Assembly (NCBI GenBank): GCA_039801565.1 | Contig: JBDRUX010000050.1 | Location: 1-17,595, forward strand | From: a candidate division WOR-3 bacterium | Lineage (GTDB): Bacteria; Hydrothermota; Tepidihabitantia; Tepidihabitantales; JAOUPE01 | DNA length: 17,595 bases | Direction of reading: 5' to 3' | Shown: positions 9,080 through 16,224 of the stretch, in pieces | How positions within the stretch are numbered: the first letter of the stretch is position 1 | Layout: each line of letters opens with the position of its first letter | Notes under the pieces: generated by a model | What the model saw: only the letters and a program-made list of their open reading frames with translations | Told to the model about the DNA's origin: nothing | Databases searched by the model: none | Translations under genes and position numbers: made by a program

Positions 9080-11095
9080 ATGAAATATTTCTTAACTTGC
9101 ATTAGCTTTCTCGTCTCGCTCAATCTATTGAATGGTCAACCGACAATCCAATTAACCCGAGCCTTTGACATCAACCAAAATGATATCTCCGGTGACAATC
9201 AAATCGGTGAAGTGGGTAGAAAATTACCCAAGCCGATTATCGTTTCAGTAACCGATGCGCAAGGTAAGCCTTTAGCCGGAGTACTAATTCAGTTTTCGGT
9301 CTTAACTGAGCCGCGGGCTAATCGCTTTGCGAAAAGACGACTGACAATTACGAAGCCAGCGGTGCTAACCAATGAATCTGGATACGCTAAGACCGAAGTT
9401 TATTTGGGAGAAAATCCCGGAGAATATCAAATTTTAGCCCAAGCCGGTGATAAACAGTTAATATTTTCGTTTATTGGTTTGGCAAAACGCTGGTATCTAT
9501 TTTTAATTTTTGGTTTAGTGGGTGGGCTAAGTTTTTTTCTTTTCGGTTTATATTACGGCACAAAGGGTTTAAAGCGATTAGCCGGCAACCGACTCCGGGA
9601 TGTCTTATTCAATCTCACTAAGAATCGGTTCTTGGGAGTCTTGGTTGGGATTGCTGTCACGGCAATATTACAATCCTCCACTGCTACCACTATCCTTTTG
9701 GTAGTTTTTGCCGCATCAGGTATTTTAGGTTTAGGACAATCCTTAGGTGTAATCCTTGGGGCTGATATTGGTACAACCCTAACCGCCCAACTTTTATCTT
9801 TACAAATCTATGACTATGCAATTCTTGTAGTTATTATTGGTTTTGCGCTGATGCACACCTTGGCAAAATTAAAGGATATCGGACAGGCGATTTTTGGTTT
9901 TGGAATTGTCTTCTTTTCAATTAAACTGGTCTTAGACGCAGCACAACCCTTAAAATATTTTCCCGAAATAGAAAAATTTCTGATAACATTTGGGAATATG
10001 CCTTGGTTAGGGATTATTGTAGCAATGACTTTCACTTTTTTAGTTCGGTCATCAGCCGCAACTATTGGCATTGTGATCGGATTGGCTTTCGCTGGTTTGA
10101 TGAACTTGACTTCAGCGGTGCCACTGATTTTAGGCGCCAACCTTGGTACTTCCTTTTCGACATTACTTGCTGGGTATCGTGCCAATAATGTTGAGGCAAA
10201 AAGAGTCGCTGCCGCTCATACGATATTTAAACTTATTATTGTTGTTATTCTTTACCCTTTTCTTTCCCCACTTACCCAGTTGATTGGACAAACCGCAGGA
10301 AGTCTACCCCGGCAGATTGCTAATGGTCATACGATGATTAATCTTTTTGCTTGCATTCTATTCTTACCAATCCTCAAGCCTTATGAGCAATTTCTGAACA
10401 AATTAATTCCCAAAACAGCCGAATTGAAAGGAAGACCAAAATATCTTTCACCAGCTCTCCTTGAAACACCAGCTGTAGCAGTTGCTCAAGCTACTCGTGA
10501 GGTATTGAGGATGGGGGATATGGTTTTAACTATGTTCCAAAAAGCCCTAATTGCATTCTTACATAACAATAAAGATTTAAGAAAAGAGATTATGAATAGT
10601 GATGATATGGTAGACGCTTTAGAAGAATCAATAACCACTTATTTAACCCAAATCGGTCAAGGCGAAATCAGTCCAGAGCTTTCCCGAAAATGCACTGCTT
10701 TGCTTTATATCGTTGATGACCTTGAACACATTGGCGACATTGTCTCGAAAAGTCTAACCAGTTATATCAAAAAGAAGATAGATTTCAACCTCGCTTTTTC
10801 TGAAGAGGGTCTAAAGGAAATTTCGCAATTTCATACCGAAGTAAGTGATGTGTTAACGATGGCACTGGCTGCCTTAGCCGGTTGGGATATGAAATTAGCC
10901 GAAAAGGTGAATAACCAGCGGGAAATCGGTAATGAACGATTAAAGGAATTACATAACCGACATTTAGAGCGACTGGCAAAAGGCTTGAAAGAGAGTATTG
11001 ATACCAGCACTATCCATTTAGATTTCATTAACGATTTGGAACGTTGCAACTACCATGCGTCAAAAATTGGCTTAGCAATTTTGGAGTCAGCTTAA
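9080..11095 (+). CDS. Na/Pi cotransporter (NptA/YjbB-type, PhoU-like C-terminus) with an N-terminal signal peptide and Ig-like (Big_1-like) domain
   Basis: TAILQSSTATT, ILGADIGTT and ILGANLGTS repeats; RQIANGHT; DLEHIGD and DLERC PhoU-like helices. N-terminal GDNQ..VG..LP.PI.VSVTDAQGKPLAGV.I.F..TNESGYA region. Confidence 0.9.
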   Translation: MKYFLTCISFLVSLNLLNGQPTIQLTRAFDINQNDISGDNQIGEVGRKLPKPIIVSVTDAQGKPLAGVLIQFSVLTEPRANRFAKRRLTITKPAVLTNESGYAKTEVYLGENPGEYQILAQAGDKQLIFSFIGLAKRWYLFLIFGLVGGLSFFLFGLYYGTKGLKRLAGNRLRDVLFNLTKNRFLGVLVGIAVTAILQSSTATTILLVVFAASGILGLGQSLGVILGADIGTTLTAQLLSLQIYDYAILVVIIGFALMHTLAKLKDIGQAIFGFGIVFFSIKLVLDAAQPLKYFPEIEKFLITFGNMPWLGIIVAMTFTFLVRSSAATIGIVIGLAFAGLMNLTSAVPLILGANLGTSFSTLLAGYRANNVEAKRVAAAHTIFKLIIVVILYPFLSPLTQLIGQTAGSLPRQIANGHTMINLFACILFLPILKPYEQFLNKLIPKTAELKGRPKYLSPALLETPAVAVAQATREVLRMGDMVLTMFQKALIAFLHNNKDLRKEIMNSDDMVDALEESITTYLTQIGQGEISPELSRKCTALLYIVDDLEHIGDIVSKSLTSYIKKKIDFNLAFSEEGLKEISQFHTEVSDVLTMALAALAGWDMKLAEKVNNQREIGNERLKELHNRHLERLAKGLKESIDTSTIHLDFINDLERCNYHASKIGLAILESA

Positions 11096-11127
11096 GAGGG
11101 TTGCTCAAAACTACTAAATGAGACAAA

Positions 11128-11472
11128 ATTAGGGTATAGGTTTGAGGGATTAGGGAAATAACGAAGCGGTGTAGGAGGTTGCTTCCCAGGTGACCTACGG
11201 GGCTACCTACCGGCTTGCTTCCCAGGTTACTCCCCAAGTTGCCTACCGAGTCGCTCCCAAGGTTGCCTACGAACCCGCTCCCCAACCTGCTCCCTAACCA
11301 ACCTACGAAGTAACCTACGAGGCAACTCCCCAGGCAACCTACGGGGTAGCCTACGGGGTCACCCCCTATACGATACCCCCTCCCTAATGAAAAATTAGCG
11401 TAACCGACGAATAATTAAGAAGATAGACGAAAAAATCGGTCATTTTTAGGTTGAAATATATTTCAACTTTTT
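11128..11472. repeat. Copy B of the dispersed ~340-bp element (about 16 tandem degenerate 12-bp units)
   Basis: Units from 11174: ggaggttgcttc/ccaggtgaccta/cggggctaccta/ccggcttgcttc/ccaggttactcc/ccaagttgccta/ccgagtcgctcc/caaggttgccta/cgaacccgctcc/ccaacctgctcc/ctaaccaaccta/cgaagtaaccta/cgaggcaactcc/ccaggcaaccta/cggggtagccta/cggggtcacccc. Co-linear with copy A. Confidence 0.9.
11450..11472 (+). terminator. Perfect 18-bp palindrome plus T-tract (terminator-like, or an operator)
   Basis: GTTGAAATATATTTCAAC (11450-11467) is its own reverse complement and is followed by TTTTT. The stem is AT-rich. Confidence 0.45.
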
Positions 11473-11769
11473 CTGGCACAAAATCCGGCTTAGTTCAGAA
11501 CGAGCCGGATGATAACTTCAAGATGTTCAAATGGCGCTGAAGTTTATCGCAGTGATTTTTCCCGATTTTAGGAGTTTAAATTTTATGCGTTAGCGGATAT
11601 TATTTTAGCTGATGATAAGAAAAGAAGTGAAAGCTGCGGGTCAACTTGTTGATTCTATTCAATAAAACTGTTGACGAGGTGACTTAAATGATTAAACGCC
11701 AAAATGGTAAAATTAAGAATAATCTTTACGATTATCGGGAAAAGTTCTGACGAAAACGATGAATAATGA

Positions 11770-11797
11770 TTGACTTATTGTAAATTTTGAGTAAAAT
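11770..11797 (+). promoter_or_regulatory. Putative sigma70 promoter (TTGACT-N16-TAAAAT)
   Basis: TTGACT 11770-11775 and TAAAAT 11792-11797, 8 nt before ATG 11806. Confidence 0.55.
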
Positions 11798-11805
11798 TGC
11801 CTGGA

Positions 11806-13176
11806 ATGAAAATAAAATCCTTTATTTATCTATTAATGATTTTTCTTAACTCTGTTTATCCTCAATGGCTGGAGACGCTAATTGATATATCACCAGACAG
11901 CGGCACAATCGCCTTGGCTTGGAATCCTCTTAATAACCGAATTTATGCTGCTAATTATCGAAGTAATAATATCACAGTGATTGATTGTAATACCAATCAG
12001 GTGATAACCCGAATCCCGGTTGGGACAGAGCCATGTGCTTTAGCCTTTAACCGTCTTAACAATCGACTTTACTGTGCAAATCGTAGCAGCAACAGCGTCT
12101 CAGTTATCAATTGCGCCAATAACCAAGTTGATACCACAATCCAAGTTGGAATATGGCCAGCAGCTTTGCTCTACAACCCTCTAAATAATAAAATATATTG
12201 TGCTAATAATTGGAGTGACAATATTACCGTTATTAATGGTGCGAACAATCGGATTGACACTACCATTTATGTTGGCAACTGGCCCCAATTCTTTGCTTTA
12301 AATCTTACTAATAACTATATTTACTGTGCAGTGGAAGAGATTGACCAAGTAGTAGTGATAAATGGAGCAAATCAGCGCATCATCGCTAACATTCCAGTTG
12401 GTGATAGTCCAAAAGAAGTTATCTGGAATTCGGTGAGTAATAAGGTTTATAGCACAAATCGCTTGGCTAATACCGTCACAATTATTAATGCGGCAACTAA
12501 TCAAGTCATCACAACGGTGGCGGTGGGTAACGGTCCCCAGTTTCTTGCTTATAATTCGACTAACAACAAGGTCTATTGCTCTAACAATCTAACCAATACG
12601 ATTTCAGTAATTAATGGATATACCGACCAGGTAGATACAACTTTGAATATGGTACTGAGTATGACCTGGAATTTGCTTTGGAATCGTACTAACAATAAAT
12701 TATATTGTTGCTTATATTGGCCCTCGACGGTAAGAGTGGTAAATTGTCAAAATAATCAAATTGTTGCCACTATTGTTGTTGGTGCTGGTCCAAAACCCTT
12801 GGTTTGGGATAGTATTGACAATCGGGTCTATGTTGGCTGTTATGATGGAAAAAAGATAGCAGTTTTGCGTGACGAAATGGGCGTTGAGGAATCAAGACCA
12901 GATATGATCAAAGATAACGAAAACAGACTTTTAATTCAACCTAATCCGTTCGCCGATTATACCAAAATCACTTGTTTAGGATTTGATAAAAACTCTCAAG
13001 TTGTTATTAAGATTTATGATATAAAAGGTAAATTGGTCCGGTCATTTTTAAGTAAAGCCGGTGAAGAGATAATTTGGGAAGGCAGAAACGAGAGCGGGAA
13101 TAGACTCAAAGAAGGGGTCTATTTTGCTCGACTCGGTACCGATTTAACCTTGAATAAGATTGTAATCCTTCGCTAA
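11806..13176 (+). CDS. Secreted YVTN/YncE-type beta-propeller repeat protein with a C-terminal FlgD-Ig/T9SS type A-like sorting domain
   Basis: Signal peptide, then about eight ~42-aa repeats (N..NNKIYCAN..S..ITVIN...NQV..TI.VG..P). Tail IQPNPF...IKIYDIKGKLVR...IWEGRNESG....GVYF. ATG 11806 preferred to TTG 11797. Confidence 0.9.
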   Translation: MKIKSFIYLLMIFLNSVYPQWLETLIDISPDSGTIALAWNPLNNRIYAANYRSNNITVIDCNTNQVITRIPVGTEPCALAFNRLNNRLYCANRSSNSVSVINCANNQVDTTIQVGIWPAALLYNPLNNKIYCANNWSDNITVINGANNRIDTTIYVGNWPQFFALNLTNNYIYCAVEEIDQVVVINGANQRIIANIPVGDSPKEVIWNSVSNKVYSTNRLANTVTIINAATNQVITTVAVGNGPQFLAYNSTNNKVYCSNNLTNTISVINGYTDQVDTTLNMVLSMTWNLLWNRTNNKLYCCLYWPSTVRVVNCQNNQIVATIVVGAGPKPLVWDSIDNRVYVGCYDGKKIAVLRDEMGVEESRPDMIKDNENRLLIQPNPFADYTKITCLGFDKNSQVVIKIYDIKGKLVRSFLSKAGEEIIWEGRNESGNRLKEGVYFARLGTDLTLNKIVILR

Positions 13177-13183
13177 CTTGCGC

Positions 13184-13273
13184 AAAATTACCAACTTTTT
13201 GACTTAAAATTACCAAATTTATATCATTTTGTCCTAAAATTTTTATTGACAAATTGGTAAATTTTTATAAAAT
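13184..13273 (+). promoter_or_regulatory. Promoter (TTGACA-N16-TAAAAT) with upstream AAAATTACCAA direct repeats
   Basis: AAAATTACCAA at 13184-13194 and 13206-13216; TTGACA 13246-13251; TAAAAT 13268-13273; inverted near-copy TTGGTAAATTTT at 13254-13265. Confidence 0.6.
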
Positions 13274-13334
13274 ATAATTGCTTGGGCTGGGTTACCTAAG
13301 TATATAATTTAATTAGCGAAAGTAAGGAGGTGTG

Positions 13335-13685
13335 ATGCTCGACCAAGAAATTGAAGTTGTATTAAAAAAATATCCAAAGCTAACGGTCCGTGAGCTTGCA
13401 ACCCAATTTGGTATGAAGGTAAGGACTTTCTACCGGCATTGGAAGGATGAAGGGACAACGCCAAAGGAGTTATTAGAAAAGAAAAGAGTGGAAATGGCTA
13501 AACAGCAACTACTGACCAATTTTAACAAAAAGATTGCCGATATTGCACGGGATTTAGGTTTTTGTGACCACTACTATTTTTCCAAGTGGTTTCGTCAAAG
13601 GGTCGGCGTCCCACCGCAAAAATATCGGATGATGACATTAAAGGAAAGAGTTGCCTTAGAAACAAAGAAAAAGAGGCCAAGATGA
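13335..13685 (+). CDS. AraC/XylS-family transcriptional regulator, DNA-binding domain only
   Basis: LTVRELATQFGMKVRTFYRHWK..GTTPK...RVEMAKQQL...IADIARDLGFCDHYYFSKWFRQRVGVPPQKYR double-HTH signature. AAGGAGG RBS at 13324-13330. No sensing domain. Confidence 0.93.
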   Translation: MLDQEIEVVLKKYPKLTVRELATQFGMKVRTFYRHWKDEGTTPKELLEKKRVEMAKQQLLTNFNKKIADIARDLGFCDHYYFSKWFRQRVGVPPQKYRMMTLKERVALETKKKRPR

Positions 13686-14383
13686 AAGGAATGATTGCAA
13701 TACTTATGTTAATAATGTCAGTAGCGGTCATTTGGGCACAAAATGATTGTAGCGAATGTGCTACTTGGTATGAGGACCCACCGTGTTCAGGTAATTGGGT
13801 ATACCAAGGCACTGGCAATCGCCAAGCCCTGGCACGACTTTGGAAATCCGGAGGCACAGGTGGTGCTTGTAACCGAAGATTTTACTCCTTCAATTTTCAA
13901 AACTCCGCTTCGATGGCACAATGGATTGAATGGTCAATTAACGCAACCGAATGGAAATGGCGAATTCGAAAAGTCGGTCCCAATATTTGTCAAACCGACG
14001 GTTATTACGCTGGCGATTGTATTACCCTTTGGTTAAAGAGTAATTATGATGTTGATATCACCTTTAGCGGTTTTTCTAATCTTTACAATCCGAATTCGAT
14101 TGACAAATGGATTGAGATTTATTACGCACTTGGTCATTTTGATGTCCCACCGCCCAAAACCGACCCCTGCTGGATTCCAGCCTCGGAATTGAATAATCTC
14201 ACCATCCGTTTCTTGGATTCGGATACGCTCCACAATGGAATTTCGCTAAAACTTTGGAACTATATCCATATTACTTTCTGCAACAGCGCTTGTGAATATA
14301 CTGACCCGAATGGCGCTACGATTACCTTGACACTGAAATGTCTAAAACCCTGGATAAATCCTAATACCGGTTATTGCCAGTAA
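13682..14383 (+). CDS. Secreted Cys/Trp-rich protein, pilin-like paralog 1 (233 aa)
   Basis: ATG 13682 overlaps the AraC stop (ATGA) and gives a signal peptide MKGMIAILMLIMSVAVIWA; 11 Cys; aligns throughout with 15407-16087. The pilin-like function is inference. Confidence 0.8.
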   Translation: MKGMIAILMLIMSVAVIWAQNDCSECATWYEDPPCSGNWVYQGTGNRQALARLWKSGGTGGACNRRFYSFNFQNSASMAQWIEWSINATEWKWRIRKVGPNICQTDGYYAGDCITLWLKSNYDVDITFSGFSNLYNPNSIDKWIEIYYALGHFDVPPPKTDPCWIPASELNNLTIRFLDSDTLHNGISLKLWNYIHITFCNSACEYTDPNGATITLTLKCLKPWINPNTGYCQ

Positions 14384-14484
14384 TGGAAAAATTGATGCCC
14401 CCCTCATAGGTCTAATATGTCCAAAAACGCAGTAGATTATTGATTTTTGAACCTAATGACTTGATAATTAAGGATTTGACCTTT

Positions 14485-14547
14485 GGCAAATAATTACCAA
14501 ATTTTGATAACTTTTGCCTTGACAAGAATAGCAAATTTCAGTATAGT
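14485..14547 (+). promoter_or_regulatory. Promoter TTGACA-N17-TATAGT preceded by an imperfect palindromic operator-like site
   Basis: TTGACA 14519-14524 and TATAGT 14542-14547. GGCAAA-TAA-TTACCAAA-T-TTTGATAA-CT-TTTGCC at 14485-14518. GGGAG RBS at 14559-14563. Confidence 0.7.
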
Positions 14548-14567
14548 TAAAACAAATTGGGAGAAAA

Positions 14568-15236
14568 ATGCACTTGAATTCGCCGCTTAGGCAATTCTTT
14601 ATCATCTGGTCGGTCATAGCACTGGGTTATGGGACTGAATTAAAGGTTACCGATAACCAGACGACCGAGGCGAATTCGGTTTTGCCCAATACTGAACAAC
14701 CGATAAAACTTCCATCACGATTAACCTTGCCAGTTCAATCTTTGCCCCCGGAATTTGTCAAAGATAGTATAGTTCCTTTAGCTTCGTTGGAGGTTGAATT
14801 GAGTGCCACGGATTGGAGTTGGCGGGTTAGAAGGTGTGGCGTTTTTGCCGGTCAGGTCTTAGATTGTCGAGTTCGTTCACCTCATCCGGTTTTGGTTGAT
14901 TTTGATGGCTTCGCCAATTACAAAGATGCGAATTCTAATCTTCAGATTAATACCTGGTATGCAATTTCACAGTCGGCACCGCCACCACCAGGGAGTAATA
15001 GTTGGATTTCTGCTAATATGCTCAATTTTGCCGATTTTATAGTCCCGGCTTCTATTGGTGGTACAACTTGGAATCTCTGGTGTAAGATTGAAGTGACGGA
15101 TAATATCAAAGCCGGAGAATATTTTAATAAGCCGACGATAACTTTTGTCTTAAAAGGTGTGGAGCAATGGATTGAACCCGAAATTCTGGGAAAAGATAAT
15201 TTTAGATTTAACGAAAGAAGATTGGGAACATATTAG
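14568..15236 (+). CDS. Probable secreted protein, diverged pilin-like paralog 2
   Basis: Shares SATDWSWRVR, FDGFANY, INTWYA..PPP...WI....LN, LW..I.V, AGEY..TITFVLK...WIEP with both neighbours. N-terminal hydrophobic stretch followed by a Pro-rich linker. Confidence 0.75.
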   Translation: MHLNSPLRQFFIIWSVIALGYGTELKVTDNQTTEANSVLPNTEQPIKLPSRLTLPVQSLPPEFVKDSIVPLASLEVELSATDWSWRVRRCGVFAGQVLDCRVRSPHPVLVDFDGFANYKDANSNLQINTWYAISQSAPPPPGSNSWISANMLNFADFIVPASIGGTTWNLWCKIEVTDNIKAGEYFNKPTITFVLKGVEQWIEPEILGKDNFRFNERRLGTY

Positions 15237-15260
15237 ATGGAATTTTTTGATTCAAATTTA

Positions 15261-15299
15261 AGATTCAGTTTTTTAAACAAGGGGACGCTGGAGAGCCAT
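15261..15299. repeat. Left arm of a long inverted repeat enclosing gene 15407-16087
   Basis: AGATTCAGTTTTTTAAACAAGGGGACGCTGGAGAGCCAT is complementary to 16093-16130; perfect 13-bp core at 15275-15287. Confidence 0.85.
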
Positions 15300-15406
15300 C
15301 CCTCATTTATTCTTCTTCATTGCCTCTTTTCTTATCGAGGATTTGGGTGCGAGTACCCGAGTCTTTTTAAGAAAAGGGAGATTTTATTGGAAGGAGGTGA
15401 AACATA

Positions 15407-16087
15407 ATGAAAAAAATCGGACTCTTAGTTGCGATTTTAGCAGTGGTCGTTTTCGCGGCTGAACAGGATGTCTGGTACGAGTATCCACCTTGCTCGGGTA
15501 CCTGGGTTCATATGACACCGGGTGACCCGACGAATTTGGCAAGGCTATGGTGCCAATATCCTACGGGCGGTGCTTGCAACAGACAATACTACTCATTTAC
15601 CTTCACAACCGGCGTTTCGATGGCGCAATGGGTTGAATGGTCAATCAGCGCAACCGAATGGAAATGGAAAGTTCGTAAAGTTGGTCCTGACCTCTGCCAG
15701 ACCGATGGTTGGTATGCTGGTGATTGTATTACCGCTTGGATAAAGAGTAACTACGATGTGGAAATAACGTTTAGCGGATTTGATGACTTATATAATCCAA
15801 ATTCGGTTGACAAATGGATTGAGGCTTGGTATGCGTGGGGCGAGTTTATGACTCCACCACCCAAGAATGACCCACTCTGGGTTCGAGCTCCTGACCTGAA
15901 TAATGTCACTATCCGCTATCCTGACTCTGACACCTTACACGCTGGAATTAGTGTCAAGATTTGGACGATGATTCATGTGACATCCTGCAACAGCGCTTGC
16001 GAATACTCCGATGAAGGAACAGTTACAATCGAATTGAAGTGCATCAAGCCGTGGATTGACCCGCTAACCGGCTACTTTAACATATAA
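15407..16087 (+). CDS. Secreted Cys/Trp-rich protein, pilin-like paralog 3 (candidate major subunit)
   Basis: Strong AAGGAGGTG RBS, signal peptide MKKIGLLVAILAVVVFA, 8 Cys (7 aligned with paralog 1), C-terminal ACEYSDEGTVTIEL. Confidence 0.8.
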   Translation: MKKIGLLVAILAVVVFAAEQDVWYEYPPCSGTWVHMTPGDPTNLARLWCQYPTGGACNRQYYSFTFTTGVSMAQWVEWSISATEWKWKVRKVGPDLCQTDGWYAGDCITAWIKSNYDVEITFSGFDDLYNPNSVDKWIEAWYAWGEFMTPPPKNDPLWVRAPDLNNVTIRYPDSDTLHAGISVKIWTMIHVTSCNSACEYSDEGTVTIELKCIKPWIDPLTGYFNI

Positions 16088-16092
16088 TAATA

Positions 16093-16130
16093 GTGGCTCT
16101 TTTCGTCCCCTTGTTTGAAGAACTGAATTT
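16093..16130. repeat. Right arm of the inverted repeat enclosing gene 15407-16087
   Basis: GTGGCTCTTTTCGTCCCCTTGTTTGAAGAACTGAATTT; core CGTCCCCTTGTTT (16104-16116) is the exact reverse complement of 15275-15287. Confidence 0.85.
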
Positions 16131-16178
16131 TCTTTAAAGCCCAAACAAAACATCTTTATATAAATGATTTTAAGCAGA

Positions 16179-16206
16179 TTGACAAAGTTTTTTTCGAGGT
16201 TATACT
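16179..16206 (+). promoter_or_regulatory. Putative sigma70 promoter (TTGACA-N16-TATACT)
   Basis: TTGACA 16179-16184, TATACT 16201-16206, and an AAGGAG RBS at 16213-16218 before ATG 16225. Confidence 0.7.
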
Positions 16207-16224
16207 TTAATAAAGGAGAAAAGA

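Noticed and set aside
11174..11365. Possible CRISPR array
   Set aside because: Units are 12 bp, degenerate and contiguous, with no constant 23-47 bp repeat, no unique spacers and no cas genes.
11028..11414. Minus-strand open frame giving a tetrapeptide-repeat peptide (VGNL/GSNL), including track ORF 11028-11285
   Set aside because: It is a by-product of the 12-bp repeats. There is no ATG or RBS, it overlaps the transporter 3' end, and 11-bp units in copy A break the equivalent frame.
13586..13681. Longer N-terminus for paralog 1 as given by the ORF track
   Set aside because: It overlaps the AraC gene by 100 nt. ATG 13682 gives a clean signal peptide and matches paralog 3.
14384..14480. Possible c-di-GMP riboswitch upstream of paralog 2
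   Set aside because: No recognisable two-hairpin GEMM architecture, and the region lies upstream of the predicted promoter.
15281..15302. Small GCT-GGAG-AGC hairpin resembling a CsrA site
   Set aside because: The stem is weak, and the same bases are better explained by the long-range duplex with 16093-16130.
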